IMG/VR virus record: IMGVR_UViG_3300025449_000001 | Coordinates: 2,516 to 66,515 of that record | Strand: one strand, 5' to 3' | DNA: 64,000 nt | Origin: a virus | Lineage: Duplodnaviria > Caudoviricetes | Part shown: in pieces, positions 8,763 through 16,975 of the stretch | How positions within the stretch are numbered: position 1 is the stretch's first letter | How the letters are laid out: the number at the start of each line of letters is the position of its first letter | The notes under the pieces: generated by a model | Database searches by the model: none | Told to the model about the DNA's origin: nothing | The model's input: the letters and a program-made list of their open reading frames with translations, nothing else | Made by a program: the position numbers and the translations under genes

Positions 8763-10244
8763 TTAAACAGTCATAGAAATTGCTAATGCTACTTGAGCAC
8801 TAGACGTTGCAGAATTAGAGGTTCCGAAAGGAATATTAACATCATTCCCAGTGTATGTAAAATTCGCATTACCTGCGAGGTTTCCTGCGTTATTGTATTG
8901 TATTTGTGTGTTCGAACCACCAGCAAGGATGGTGCCTATAGAGGTCGTATTATAAGCAATCGTCTCTACTATATCACCAGAATTTGCTGCCACAGCCAAA
9001 ACAACGGACGTACCATTAGATGCTGTGTAGTCGGCTGCGTTTAGTAACACACCGTTTAAAAAAACTTCAACATAACCAACCGTATAAGTTACGGTAAACG
9101 TAGTCTGTGAGGCAGACGCTGTAAATGAGGTTCTTGTGTACGTTGAGGTACCACCGCCACCCCCAGTTGAATTAATGGTTACAGCACCAGTACCGCCCGT
9201 TGGCGTTATGGTGATGTTTGTTCCAGCGATGATCTGAGTAACACCCCCAGTTGCTCCAGAGTAACCAGACGTTCCACTATATCCAGATATACCAGAACCA
9301 CTATAGCCCGATATGCCACTATAGCCCGATGTTCCACTATAGCCTGATATGCCAGAACCAGAATAACCAGATACGCCAGAACCAGAATACCCGGATACAC
9401 CAGAATATCCAGAATATCCAGAATAACCACTTACACCACTGTATCCAGATAGCCCTAAACCAGAGTATCCAGAGTATCCAGATATCCCTGAACCTGAATA
9501 GCCAGAAACTCCAGAACCACTATAGCCAGATATGCCACTGTAGCCAGATATGCCACTGTAGCCAGATATACCACTGTAGCCAGATATGCCAGAACCACTA
9601 TAGCCAGATATACCAGAACCACTGTATCCGGATATACCAGAACCACTATAACCAGATATACCACTATAACCAGATATACCACTATAGCCCGATACACCAC
9701 TATAGCCAGATATACCACTGTAGCCAGATATGCCAGAACCACTATACCCAGACACACCAGAACCGCTATAGCCAGATGTTCCGCTGTAACCTGATATGCC
9801 ACTGTAGCCCGATATACCACTATAGCCAGATATACCACTATAGCCAGATAGTCCTAGTCCAGACTGACCACTAAAACCACTAAAACCGCTAAATCCACTA
9901 TATCCCGAGTAACCACTAACACCGGAGCCACTATAGCCTGATTTGCCACTATAGCCAGATATACCACTGTATCCAGATATACCACTATAGCCAGATATAC
10001 CACTATAGCCAGACCAACCCGATACTGGACCCGCCGTGGATGTTGTTCCATCGCTGTAATAGAATATTAAGTACCCCGTTGATGGATTGTATCCAACGTT
10101 AGTAATTAATTTTCCAGGTGAGGCTGCGTTAGCAAGTTGCGATACCGACGCTTGCTTTGTTACACCACCTTGTACAACCACCGTCTGCTCATTACCCGTT
10201 AGGTTATAAGCAATCGGTAGTTGGGTTATCGATTGATCAGCCAT
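8763..10244 (-). CDS. Tail fibre/collar protein with Gly-X-Ser collagen-like repeats
   Basis: About 260 aa of SGYSGI repeats between an N-terminal anchor (ADQSITQLP) and a YTRTSFTASASQTTF...VFLNGVLL beta domain. Confidence 0.8.
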   Translation of the reverse strand: MADQSITQLPIAYNLTGNEQTVVVQGGVTKQASVSQLANAASPGKLITNVGYNPSTGYLIFYYSDGTTSTAGPVSGWSGYSGISGYSGISGYSGISGYSGKSGYSGSGVSGYSGYSGFSGFSGFSGQSGLGLSGYSGISGYSGISGYSGISGYSGTSGYSGSGVSGYSGSGISGYSGISGYSGVSGYSGISGYSGISGYSGSGISGYSGSGISGYSGSGISGYSGISGYSGISGYSGISGYSGSGVSGYSGSGISGYSGYSGLGLSGYSGVSGYSGYSGYSGVSGYSGSGVSGYSGSGISGYSGTSGYSGISGYSGSGISGYSGTSGYSGATGGVTQIIAGTNITITPTGGTGAVTINSTGGGGGTSTYTRTSFTASASQTTFTVTYTVGYVEVFLNGVLLNAADYTASNGTSVVLAVAANSGDIVETIAYNTTSIGTILAGGSNTQIQYNNAGNLAGNANFTYTGNDVNIPFGTSNSATSSAQVALAISMTV

Positions 10245-10253
10245 TTATTATTT

Positions 10254-10862
10254 TTATGTGTATGTAAATGCACCGTATAGGGTTGATGTACCAAACGTAG
10301 AAATAATTGCCACGTCAACAATACCAGTAATCGTATACGATGGTGTAATTGCAGTCATCTGCGTTGGACTAACAATATTAAAACTTATTGCGTTGATTCC
10401 ACCAATTTTTACGTTAGTGATGTTAACAAAGTTAGTTCCAGTAATTGTTATGTTTGTACCACCGGCTAACGGCCCAGATGTTGGTGATATAGAGTACAAC
10501 GTTGGTATTGTAGACGATGGAAAAAACTCATAAATACTGTCTAGGTTCAAGTCACCAGGTGTTCCACCAGTAATAAATACAGAGTTATTATTTTGGAATC
10601 CATTCTCTGTAAGAACCTGATTACCACTAACTGGCCCCGTAGCAACCGATGCGTCAGGCCTTGGAAAACGTAACGCAATGTTTTCTGTTTGTCTTGCTGG
10701 TAAACGCCAAGGATCAAAATTATCTAAATCATCCTTACACACCCGCATGCCAGGGAAATTCGGATCTGGCATTAACTCGACATAAGGAAACTTTCTATTG
10801 CAGCGGTCACAGACCGCCACAGATAGAACAGAGTTTCCCCTAGTGTCAAGATAGACTGGCAT
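10254..10862 (-). CDS. Virion protein with N-terminal Cys cluster and C-terminal IPT/TIG Ig-like domain
   Basis: CDRC...RVC; PTLYSISPTSGPLAGGTNITITGTNF is a typical IPT/TIG start. Confidence 0.75.
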   Translation of the reverse strand: MPVYLDTRGNSVLSVAVCDRCNRKFPYVELMPDPNFPGMRVCKDDLDNFDPWRLPARQTENIALRFPRPDASVATGPVSGNQVLTENGFQNNNSVFITGGTPGDLNLDSIYEFFPSSTIPTLYSISPTSGPLAGGTNITITGTNFVNITNVKIGGINAISFNIVSPTQMTAITPSYTITGIVDVAIISTFGTSTLYGAFTYT

Positions 10863-10864
10863 AA

Positions 10865-11656
10865 TTACGCCGTTTGACTGTTATTCTTAATTAACTTACC
10901 AGTAATAATTACACCAGCGGCAACAGTGGTAGCCGTGCTAGTAACTAATTGCCACTGAATATCAGTTTTTTCTGTGTAAGCAAACGGGTCTGATGCCCTA
11001 TTAGCTGTATAAATAGACACAAAAGGCTGTTGTAATACTGCTAACTTAACACCAGTTACGTTATTAATTGCTTGAACTGAGTAAGTAACAATGTTAGAAG
11101 ACGTGTAACTATTTGAAGTATTAACCTCTGCTAAGTCTAAATAAAACGTATAACCAGCTGGAACCGTATAAATAGTGCTTTGTGTTTTACCAATACCAAT
11201 ATTAATTTGTGCAACAACGTTTGATGATTGTTTTAATGTAATGGTTCCAACGTTTGTGTTTTGACTGGTTCCTGGTGATGTCATTACCATGCTATTAACA
11301 CGAAAATAACTATTTGCTGTTGTAACACCAGTTGTGCCATTTAACGCTAATGTTTCGGAAATAGGTGCGAAATTAGCATCAAGGCCACTAATTAAAACCT
11401 TAGCGCTTGTATCATCGGATGCTGATGAACTTACTAGTGTAAGTGTTGACGCAGATGTTATGTATGTATAAGCAGAAGCATTTTCCCAGACTGGTATCTT
11501 TGTGTTACCAACAGCTGCTTGGTAGCCAAATAAACTTAATACCTGGTGACCCATAATCTGATTACGGGCAACTTGAAGGTCAAAAGGCTCATACGCACCC
11601 TGCAGCGTTACTGAGTGTGGGGGTGCTGATTGTTGTAAGTTTGTTACGAGTGCCAT
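10865..11656 (-). CDS. Putative virion structural protein
   Basis: 263 aa, FDLQVARNQI..H motif, beta-rich, late operon. Confidence 0.55.
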   Translation of the reverse strand: MALVTNLQQSAPPHSVTLQGAYEPFDLQVARNQIMGHQVLSLFGYQAAVGNTKIPVWENASAYTYITSASTLTLVSSSASDDTSAKVLISGLDANFAPISETLALNGTTGVTTANSYFRVNSMVMTSPGTSQNTNVGTITLKQSSNVVAQINIGIGKTQSTIYTVPAGYTFYLDLAEVNTSNSYTSSNIVTYSVQAINNVTGVKLAVLQQPFVSIYTANRASDPFAYTEKTDIQWQLVTSTATTVAAGVIITGKLIKNNSQTA

Positions 11657-11680
11657 AATTAATTTCCTTAAATGTTAGAC

Positions 11681-11700
11681 AAAGGGGGCGAACCCCCTAG
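11681..11700 (-). terminator. Probable intrinsic terminator or hairpin (UUCG loop)
   Basis: Minus strand GGGGG-TTCG-CCCCC-TTTG directly after the stop of 11709-12236. Confidence 0.55.
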
Positions 11701-11708
11701 GTAATTAA

Positions 11709-12236
11709 TTAGCTGTTTGTGTAACCAGAAGCGTATGGAGAGATAGAACCATCTGGATTACGCGCTAGGTAATCAACAATAAATGTACCAGCTAATGTTC
11801 CAGTAACACCAGATGTTATACCAACTGTGTATGTTACCTGCACGTCAGATGTACCAACGCTTAACGCTGCTGTTGCTGCTGTTGTAGCTGTGAAAGCGAT
11901 AGAAATTACGCCACCAGTTGTTAATGGTGTGATTGTTCCAATTGTAACGCCACCAACCGCAACAGTAATCACCATACCAGTAAATGCTGACGGTGCTGTT
12001 GTTTCAATGAGTTTTACGTTGGTGATTAAAGAACCAGCTGGAATCCAAACTGGATCAACTGTAGTAGACGCACTACCAGTTCCATACGTTGTAATGGCCC
12101 CGGCTGCGTTTACGCCAGAAAAATAATTTGGTTGAGAACAAATTACTACGCCAGTATTGTCTGGAGCGATTGTACCGTTGTTTGTTGGGTTGTTACGTTT
12201 AAATACACGAATTGGTGCACTAAATGTTGTGGACAT
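11709..12236 (-). CDS. Putative capsid decoration / minor structural protein
   Basis: T/G/V-rich 175 aa near MCP, with its own late promoter. Confidence 0.55.
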   Translation of the reverse strand: MSTTFSAPIRVFKRNNPTNNGTIAPDNTGVVICSQPNYFSGVNAAGAITTYGTGSASTTVDPVWIPAGSLITNVKLIETTAPSAFTGMVITVAVGGVTIGTITPLTTGGVISIAFTATTAATAALSVGTSDVQVTYTVGITSGVTGTLAGTFIVDYLARNPDGSISPYASGYTNS

Positions 12237-12332
12237 ATTGAGTTCCTTATCTCAGTGGATATCCCAAACTGTCTCTGAGTCGTCTCACCGGGAAGTGTCG
12301 GTGGTCAGAATGGGATTAATCTTCCTATACCT

Positions 12333-12362
12333 ACTAATGCAAAAAAATAGACAAATCCGCCC
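12333..12362 (-). promoter_or_regulatory. Phage late promoter motif GGGCG-N16-TGCATTAGT (copy 1)
   Basis: Exact motif, intergenic, oriented toward 12236. Confidence 0.75.
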
Positions 12363-12814
12363 TAAAAAATAAATTTATTAGATTTTTTTACGTTGTCTTC
12401 ACCAAGGATAACTCTAAGGTTTGAAAATACATGCAGACCAGATACATTCTTGCCCTGTAAGGGAATAATGTGATCCACATGATGTGGTTTGCCAGTTTCA
12501 CGGGTTAGCATGTTGGCTAGTTGATATTTTGCTACTATGAGGTGTGCGTCTTTGTCCCATACTGGGGTGCGTTGTAGTTGTGCAGAACGGCGTTTACCTT
12601 CATAGGCGGCGCGTTTGTCTTTATTATTAGCAAACCATTCACGATTTATAGCATTGTGTGTTTCTATGTTTTCTTCTCGCCATTTTGTTTTTGAATTGGC
12701 TGATTTTGCTGGATTGGCTATTGCCCAAGCACGAGCTCGTTCTTTGGTAAGTTCTTTGTTACGCTCATACCATTCTTTGGCTATACGTTTTTGATTTTCT
12801 TTATCTTTAGGCAT
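12362..12814 (-). CDS. HNH homing endonuclease
   Basis: HHVDHIIPLQGKNVSGLHVFSNL...N..K.N HNH core. Confidence 0.9.
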   Translation of the reverse strand: MPKDKENQKRIAKEWYERNKELTKERARAWAIANPAKSANSKTKWREENIETHNAINREWFANNKDKRAAYEGKRRSAQLQRTPVWDKDAHLIVAKYQLANMLTRETGKPHHVDHIIPLQGKNVSGLHVFSNLRVILGEDNVKKSNKFIF

Positions 12815-12830
12815 AAAAATATTATATCAT

Positions 12831-12862
12831 AAAAAAGCCCAACCTTGTGGGCTGGGCTTTTT
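12831..12862 (-). terminator. Intrinsic terminator after the major capsid gene
   Basis: AAAAAGCCCAGCCCACAAGGTTGGGCTTTTTT on the minus strand. Confidence 0.8.
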
Positions 12863-12880
12863 ATTATTACAAGGCTTTGA

Positions 12881-13798
12881 TTAAAGACCTGCAGTACCAA
12901 AAATATTCCTTGCGTCGTGCCATCCTGTAGCATAACGCTCAGTAGCTTTATAGCGCATGCTATCTGTTTCAAAGTCGCCTTCCATTGATTTCTCCATTGG
13001 ACGACGCATAACGAGCATGAGTCCATTTTCAGCATCAGTCTGAATCCACCAAGCTTTGCTTGAGCTCAAACGAGTAACAACGTGTGCGCCTTTTGGTAGC
13101 ATACCTGTTGACTTGATTGGGTTCAAATCGTTGTCAGCAGTACCAGAACGGAGAACAGACTTGAGGATAACCTCTGCCTGGAACTCGAGTGCTGGAGGAA
13201 CAACTAACTGTTCTGCCTTCAAGCGGATACGCTTACCGTTATTGTCAACAGCAGAGCGGATTTGAATTAACAACTGTTCAACAGAAGTTTGGCTCAAAGA
13301 AGCAGCTGTAGATAACTGGTTAGAGTAAGAAGCGCCGTTAGCGATTGGATGAGCTGTGTTGATCAATGTTACGCCATCACCACCAACATAACCTGCTGTG
13401 AAAGCAAAGTTTAAAATGTTTGCACATAATGTCTCTTTAGTTTCAATCATAGATTGTGCTAAGTGTTTAGCAAATGTTGATCCGATACGAATGTGATCAC
13501 CATCTTCCATCAATACTTTGGTTAAAGCATATGCTAAACCATAAATTTGATAAATGAAGCGAGTGATATACAATGTACCACCCTGGTCATAGCTGACAGG
13601 AGTTCCGTCAGGCATCGCAGGAGCGGCATTCATACCGTATAACATTACTTCTTCGTGATAGTTACGTGGAATACCTTGGATTTGTTCTACGAATCCTTTC
13701 CACTCATCAGCACGTTGCTCATATACACCATCAAAGACTTCGTTGATAATCGGTTCGACTACCGCACGAAAGTCTGTACTACGCATTGGGGTTGCCAT
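12881..13798 (-). CDS. Major capsid protein (Mu gpT-like, HK97 fold)
   Basis: 305 aa; GYVGGDGVTL...HP, LVVPPALEF, MEGDFETDSMRYKATERY..GW; followed by a strong terminator. Confidence 0.85.
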   Translation of the reverse strand: MATPMRSTDFRAVVEPIINEVFDGVYEQRADEWKGFVEQIQGIPRNYHEEVMLYGMNAAPAMPDGTPVSYDQGGTLYITRFIYQIYGLAYALTKVLMEDGDHIRIGSTFAKHLAQSMIETKETLCANILNFAFTAGYVGGDGVTLINTAHPIANGASYSNQLSTAASLSQTSVEQLLIQIRSAVDNNGKRIRLKAEQLVVPPALEFQAEVILKSVLRSGTADNDLNPIKSTGMLPKGAHVVTRLSSSKAWWIQTDAENGLMLVMRRPMEKSMEGDFETDSMRYKATERYATGWHDARNIFGTAGL

Positions 13799-13822
13799 GT
13801 GTTAGTTCCTTTCGTTAGTTAA

Positions 13823-14485
13823 TTAGACCGATACCGAAGCGGCAGCGAATTGGTTGTTACAGATTTGAACCTGAACGATTGTGTAAGTGTCACCCCATTG
13901 GTTTGTGTTACCAGCTGGGTATGCTACTTCACGTCCGAGTCCTACTACACGCACTTGACCTTGGTTACCAGAACCTACAGCAGTTGCTAACAACGCTGTG
14001 GTAGAGAAACCTGCACCACCAGTACCAATAGAGTATCCATCAGTTACAGTTGATCCAGTTGTTGTGTCAAAGTTGTACTCAGTTCCGATTGCTGCAGAAG
14101 TTGCAGAACCATTAACTTGAGCTTCATATACGAGTGCTGGGTCTGTGAAAATCCAGAAAACGATGTTTGTAGAAGCGTCTAATGTAGTTTTAGCAGCATA
14201 TTTAGATACAGAACGACGACCGTCAGAGTTGGTGTACTCTACACCGTCAAAAACACCATAAACCTTACCACTTGAAGCAGTTTGGTTAGCGATTGTTAAT
14301 TGGCCAGAAGATGTGATCGCTACAGGTTGAAACTGCCAGAAAGACTGGCCAGATGACAACGAGTAAGGAGCAGTATATGTTGTACCAGGGACAAATGTGT
14401 TTGTACCAACGAATGGTACTGCACGATCTAATCCACTTGGATGATATACAGGTTTCAGGCCAAAGGGTTGAAATGTTGCAGACAT
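13823..14485 (-). CDS. Capsid-associated (cement/decoration) protein
   Basis: PFGLKPV N-terminus, GVFDGVEYT; immediately upstream of MCP. Confidence 0.6.
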   Translation of the reverse strand: MSATFQPFGLKPVYHPSGLDRAVPFVGTNTFVPGTTYTAPYSLSSGQSFWQFQPVAITSSGQLTIANQTASSGKVYGVFDGVEYTNSDGRRSVSKYAAKTTLDASTNIVFWIFTDPALVYEAQVNGSATSAAIGTEYNFDTTTGSTVTDGYSIGTGGAGFSTTALLATAVGSGNQGQVRVVGLGREVAYPAGNTNQWGDTYTIVQVQICNNQFAAASVSV

Positions 14486-14511
14486 TTATTTTTCCTTTGT
14501 TTTGAAGTTTG

Positions 14512-15066
14512 TTATGAAAATCGAATATTACTATTCGCTTTAGCGGCTTCTTTTTCCATTTCCAAAATGCCTCCTTCAAGAATAGAACGACCACCTTTGC
14601 CTTCTTGAGCGGTGCTCCGAACTTGCGCGGTGATATTACGTTGATGCTCAAGAGGATCCTCGAGATGCAACATTTTCATCACTTCTTGATAGATTTCATC
14701 TGGTAATTTAAAGAGAACCATCTCATTACAGCTAACACAGCCTTCAAACTTGCCTGAGCTCATTTTGCCTAAGTTTTCAAAGCCCTTACCTAATTCCGAG
14801 GCTTTCACTGGCTCATAACCCAACGCCATGCGTTTGTCGATACTGTCATAATTGTTTGTGGAGGATAACCAGCACAAATGAAACCCAGGTATAATACCTG
14901 GAGGCAAATCAGGTAATGCACTGTTTTGCCATTTATCACGAAACGCAGCTACACGTTCCTTTTTCGATATTGCTTCAGGATCCTCAATGAGGATTCTTTC
15001 TTTTGTTTCTTCGACTCTGTCCAATAGACGGTCTTCTAAATTACGTTTGATTCTTGTATTTGCCAT
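14512..15066 (-). CDS. Conserved hypothetical head-module protein
   Basis: 184 aa between scaffold and capsid genes; GFHLCWLS..GYEPV. Confidence 0.5.
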   Translation of the reverse strand: MANTRIKRNLEDRLLDRVEETKERILIEDPEAISKKERVAAFRDKWQNSALPDLPPGIIPGFHLCWLSSTNNYDSIDKRMALGYEPVKASELGKGFENLGKMSSGKFEGCVSCNEMVLFKLPDEIYQEVMKMLHLEDPLEHQRNITAQVRSTAQEGKGGRSILEGGILEMEKEAAKANSNIRFS

Positions 15067-15071
15067 GATAA

Positions 15072-16055
15072 TTAACCTTTATTTTGACGATCGTACATTG
15101 CGTATGCACGAATCATTTTGTTTCGTTTTTCTACATCGTCCCATGCGCCAGCATCTCTAATTGCTTGGACACGCTCGGGGCTTAATCTAATAGAGCCTGG
15201 TTTCATACCAGATTCACTAGCTACACGACTAGACGCTGTTGGACCCGCTCCACGTTTTGATGTAGTACCTTTACTAGCGTATCTATGAGGTAAACGTGAT
15301 TTTAATCGGTTATCTAACTCCTCCCAGTATTCACTGTCAGAAGGATCCCAACCATCAGAAACAAGTTCTTGGTCAATTACTTTGGCAATTCTACTATCTG
15401 TATCTCTAGCTTGAGGATCATACCAAGAATTCTTTTTTAACCACTGTGTGGCTAATTGTTGAACTTCTGTGGCAATTTCATTCGGCACATTTTGCTTTGG
15501 TGCCTTTGCTTCCTCAATCTGTTTCTTTTTGTAATATTGGGCTTGTTGCAGACGCTGTTTAGCCTCTGTCAACTGTTCCAAATATTCTACTTGAGCATTT
15601 GCATCATTTACTTGTGTTGCTTGCAATAGTTTTAATTTAGCATATTCAACTCTAGCGGCTTCGTCTTCAATAGACTTATCCAACTGTGCAAATTGATATG
15701 ATGCTGCTGTATTTTCAACTTTAGCAAGACGTTCTGCTAATTCTGCATTGCGACGCTCAAGTGCACTAATCTTGTTTTTTGAAGAAATTTCACGTTGTTT
15801 TACAAGTTCTTTTTTAAGTTTGCGTTCTTGTCTACGTTGTTCACGAATTGCTTCACGGTCTTCTTCCGTTTCGCCTTCGTCATTACTTTCTTCAGATGTT
15901 TCAGCATGAACTTCTTCTTCATCATATTCTTCATCATCTTCGTGATGTTTTTTTGTATCTTCTGGAGAATCAAAATCCTCTGGAAAATCAATTTTTGCTA
16001 ATGCCGAGCCGTCTTCCATCTCTTTGACGGGTATATCCTTTTCATTTTCACTCAT
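15072..16055 (-). CDS. Putative capsid scaffolding protein
   Basis: Acidic N-terminus, long coiled coil, C-terminal helix pair; located between portal and MCP. Confidence 0.65.
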   Translation of the reverse strand: MSENEKDIPVKEMEDGSALAKIDFPEDFDSPEDTKKHHEDDEEYDEEEVHAETSEESNDEGETEEDREAIREQRRQERKLKKELVKQREISSKNKISALERRNAELAERLAKVENTAASYQFAQLDKSIEDEAARVEYAKLKLLQATQVNDANAQVEYLEQLTEAKQRLQQAQYYKKKQIEEAKAPKQNVPNEIATEVQQLATQWLKKNSWYDPQARDTDSRIAKVIDQELVSDGWDPSDSEYWEELDNRLKSRLPHRYASKGTTSKRGAGPTASSRVASESGMKPGSIRLSPERVQAIRDAGAWDDVEKRNKMIRAYAMYDRQNKG

Positions 16056-16070
16056 AATTTTCTTTCAAAA

Positions 16071-16511
16071 TTAGTCTACAAAAGCTTTCATTTTCTGCGC
16101 ATATTCAAAACTTTTAATGCGAGAAATGATTTCACGGGCTTGTAATGTAATAAACACTACTGCACCACTATCATCACCTGGGTCAACAACAAAACGGTCT
16201 CCACCATACTTAATTGTCCTTACCAAATCACCTTCTTTACACCAAGGGCCTTCAATCCAAGGCTCTAATGTGTCCGGTGATTTATATGCTAAAGGTCCAA
16301 TTTGTATTACTTTGGCTACTGTTTCATTAAACTTCAGTGTTTGTTGAGTTTCATCAACAAAAATGATGCCACCTTTGCTTTTTACTTTTTGTCTACGTAA
16401 CTGAACCAATACTCTGTCTCCAGCCACCTCTACACCAGGATCTACAATCGGAAAACATTCCAATTCTGTACGTAAATCTGCTTCTTCATTTTGCTTATAA
16501 TCTATTGCCAT
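16071..16511 (-). CDS. groES: GroES-like co-chaperonin
   Basis: GDRVLV...SKGGII...AKVIQIGP...CKEGDLV..IKYGG; start reassigned to MAIDYKQ. Confidence 0.85.
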   Translation of the reverse strand: MAIDYKQNEEADLRTELECFPIVDPGVEVAGDRVLVQLRRQKVKSKGGIIFVDETQQTLKFNETVAKVIQIGPLAYKSPDTLEPWIEGPWCKEGDLVRTIKYGGDRFVVDPGDDSGAVVFITLQAREIISRIKSFEYAQKMKAFVD

Positions 16512-16530
16512 ACGGCAAACTCCTTGACCT

Positions 16531-16722
16531 CTACAGGTCTTCGTCATCCTCCGATAATATTGCTTCAATAATCGCTAGGGCATCGGATAAACCCTCACGT
16601 TTACCTACATACCGTTGATAAGAATCAAAAGTGTGTATGTTAATGCCAGAAGCAATTGCCTCTGTCATTTCGTTGTTTGCGGTTTTAATTCTTTTCAGAA
16701 TCTCGCTTAAAATATCTCTCAT
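16531..16722 (-). CDS. Small conserved hypothetical protein
   Basis: 63 aa, YQRYVGKREGL; directly downstream of a late promoter. Confidence 0.6.
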   Translation of the reverse strand: MRDILSEILKRIKTANNEMTEAIASGINIHTFDSYQRYVGKREGLSDALAIIEAILSEDDEDL

Positions 16723-16728
16723 ACTCTT

Positions 16729-16758
16729 ACTAATGCAAACATTGAGGCAAATCCGCCC
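16729..16758 (-). promoter_or_regulatory. Phage late promoter motif (copy 2)
   Basis: GGGCG-N16-TGCATTAGT exact. Confidence 0.75.
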
Positions 16759-16764
16759 CTAAAA

Positions 16765-16974
16765 TCAATAAAAGTTTCCGCTACCAATGTCTTTGAGGTT
16801 TTTATCTGGTCCAACTTTGCTTCCTTTAGCCATTTTGTTACCATTTAAAACAGCATTATTAGCACGTTTGCTTCCAGATGGTCCGTTTTCTACTTTTTGG
16901 TCTGGGCCACCAGCATAGCCAGGTGTGCCAGTCATTTTATAGGCTTTACGAAAACCTAATTCATCTTTTGCCAT
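16765..16974 (-). CDS. Small K/G-rich hypothetical protein (69 aa)
   Basis: MAKDELGFRKAYKMTG...; likely start at 16974 after AAGGA. Confidence 0.6.
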   Translation of the reverse strand: MAKDELGFRKAYKMTGTPGYAGGPDQKVENGPSGSKRANNAVLNGNKMAKGSKVGPDKNLKDIGSGNFY

Positions 16975-16975
16975 G

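Noticed and set aside
9206-10051. ORFs with Q/I/Y/H or VYLAIV repeats (for example 9251-9874 +)
   Set aside because: Shadows of the repeat region of 8763-10244.
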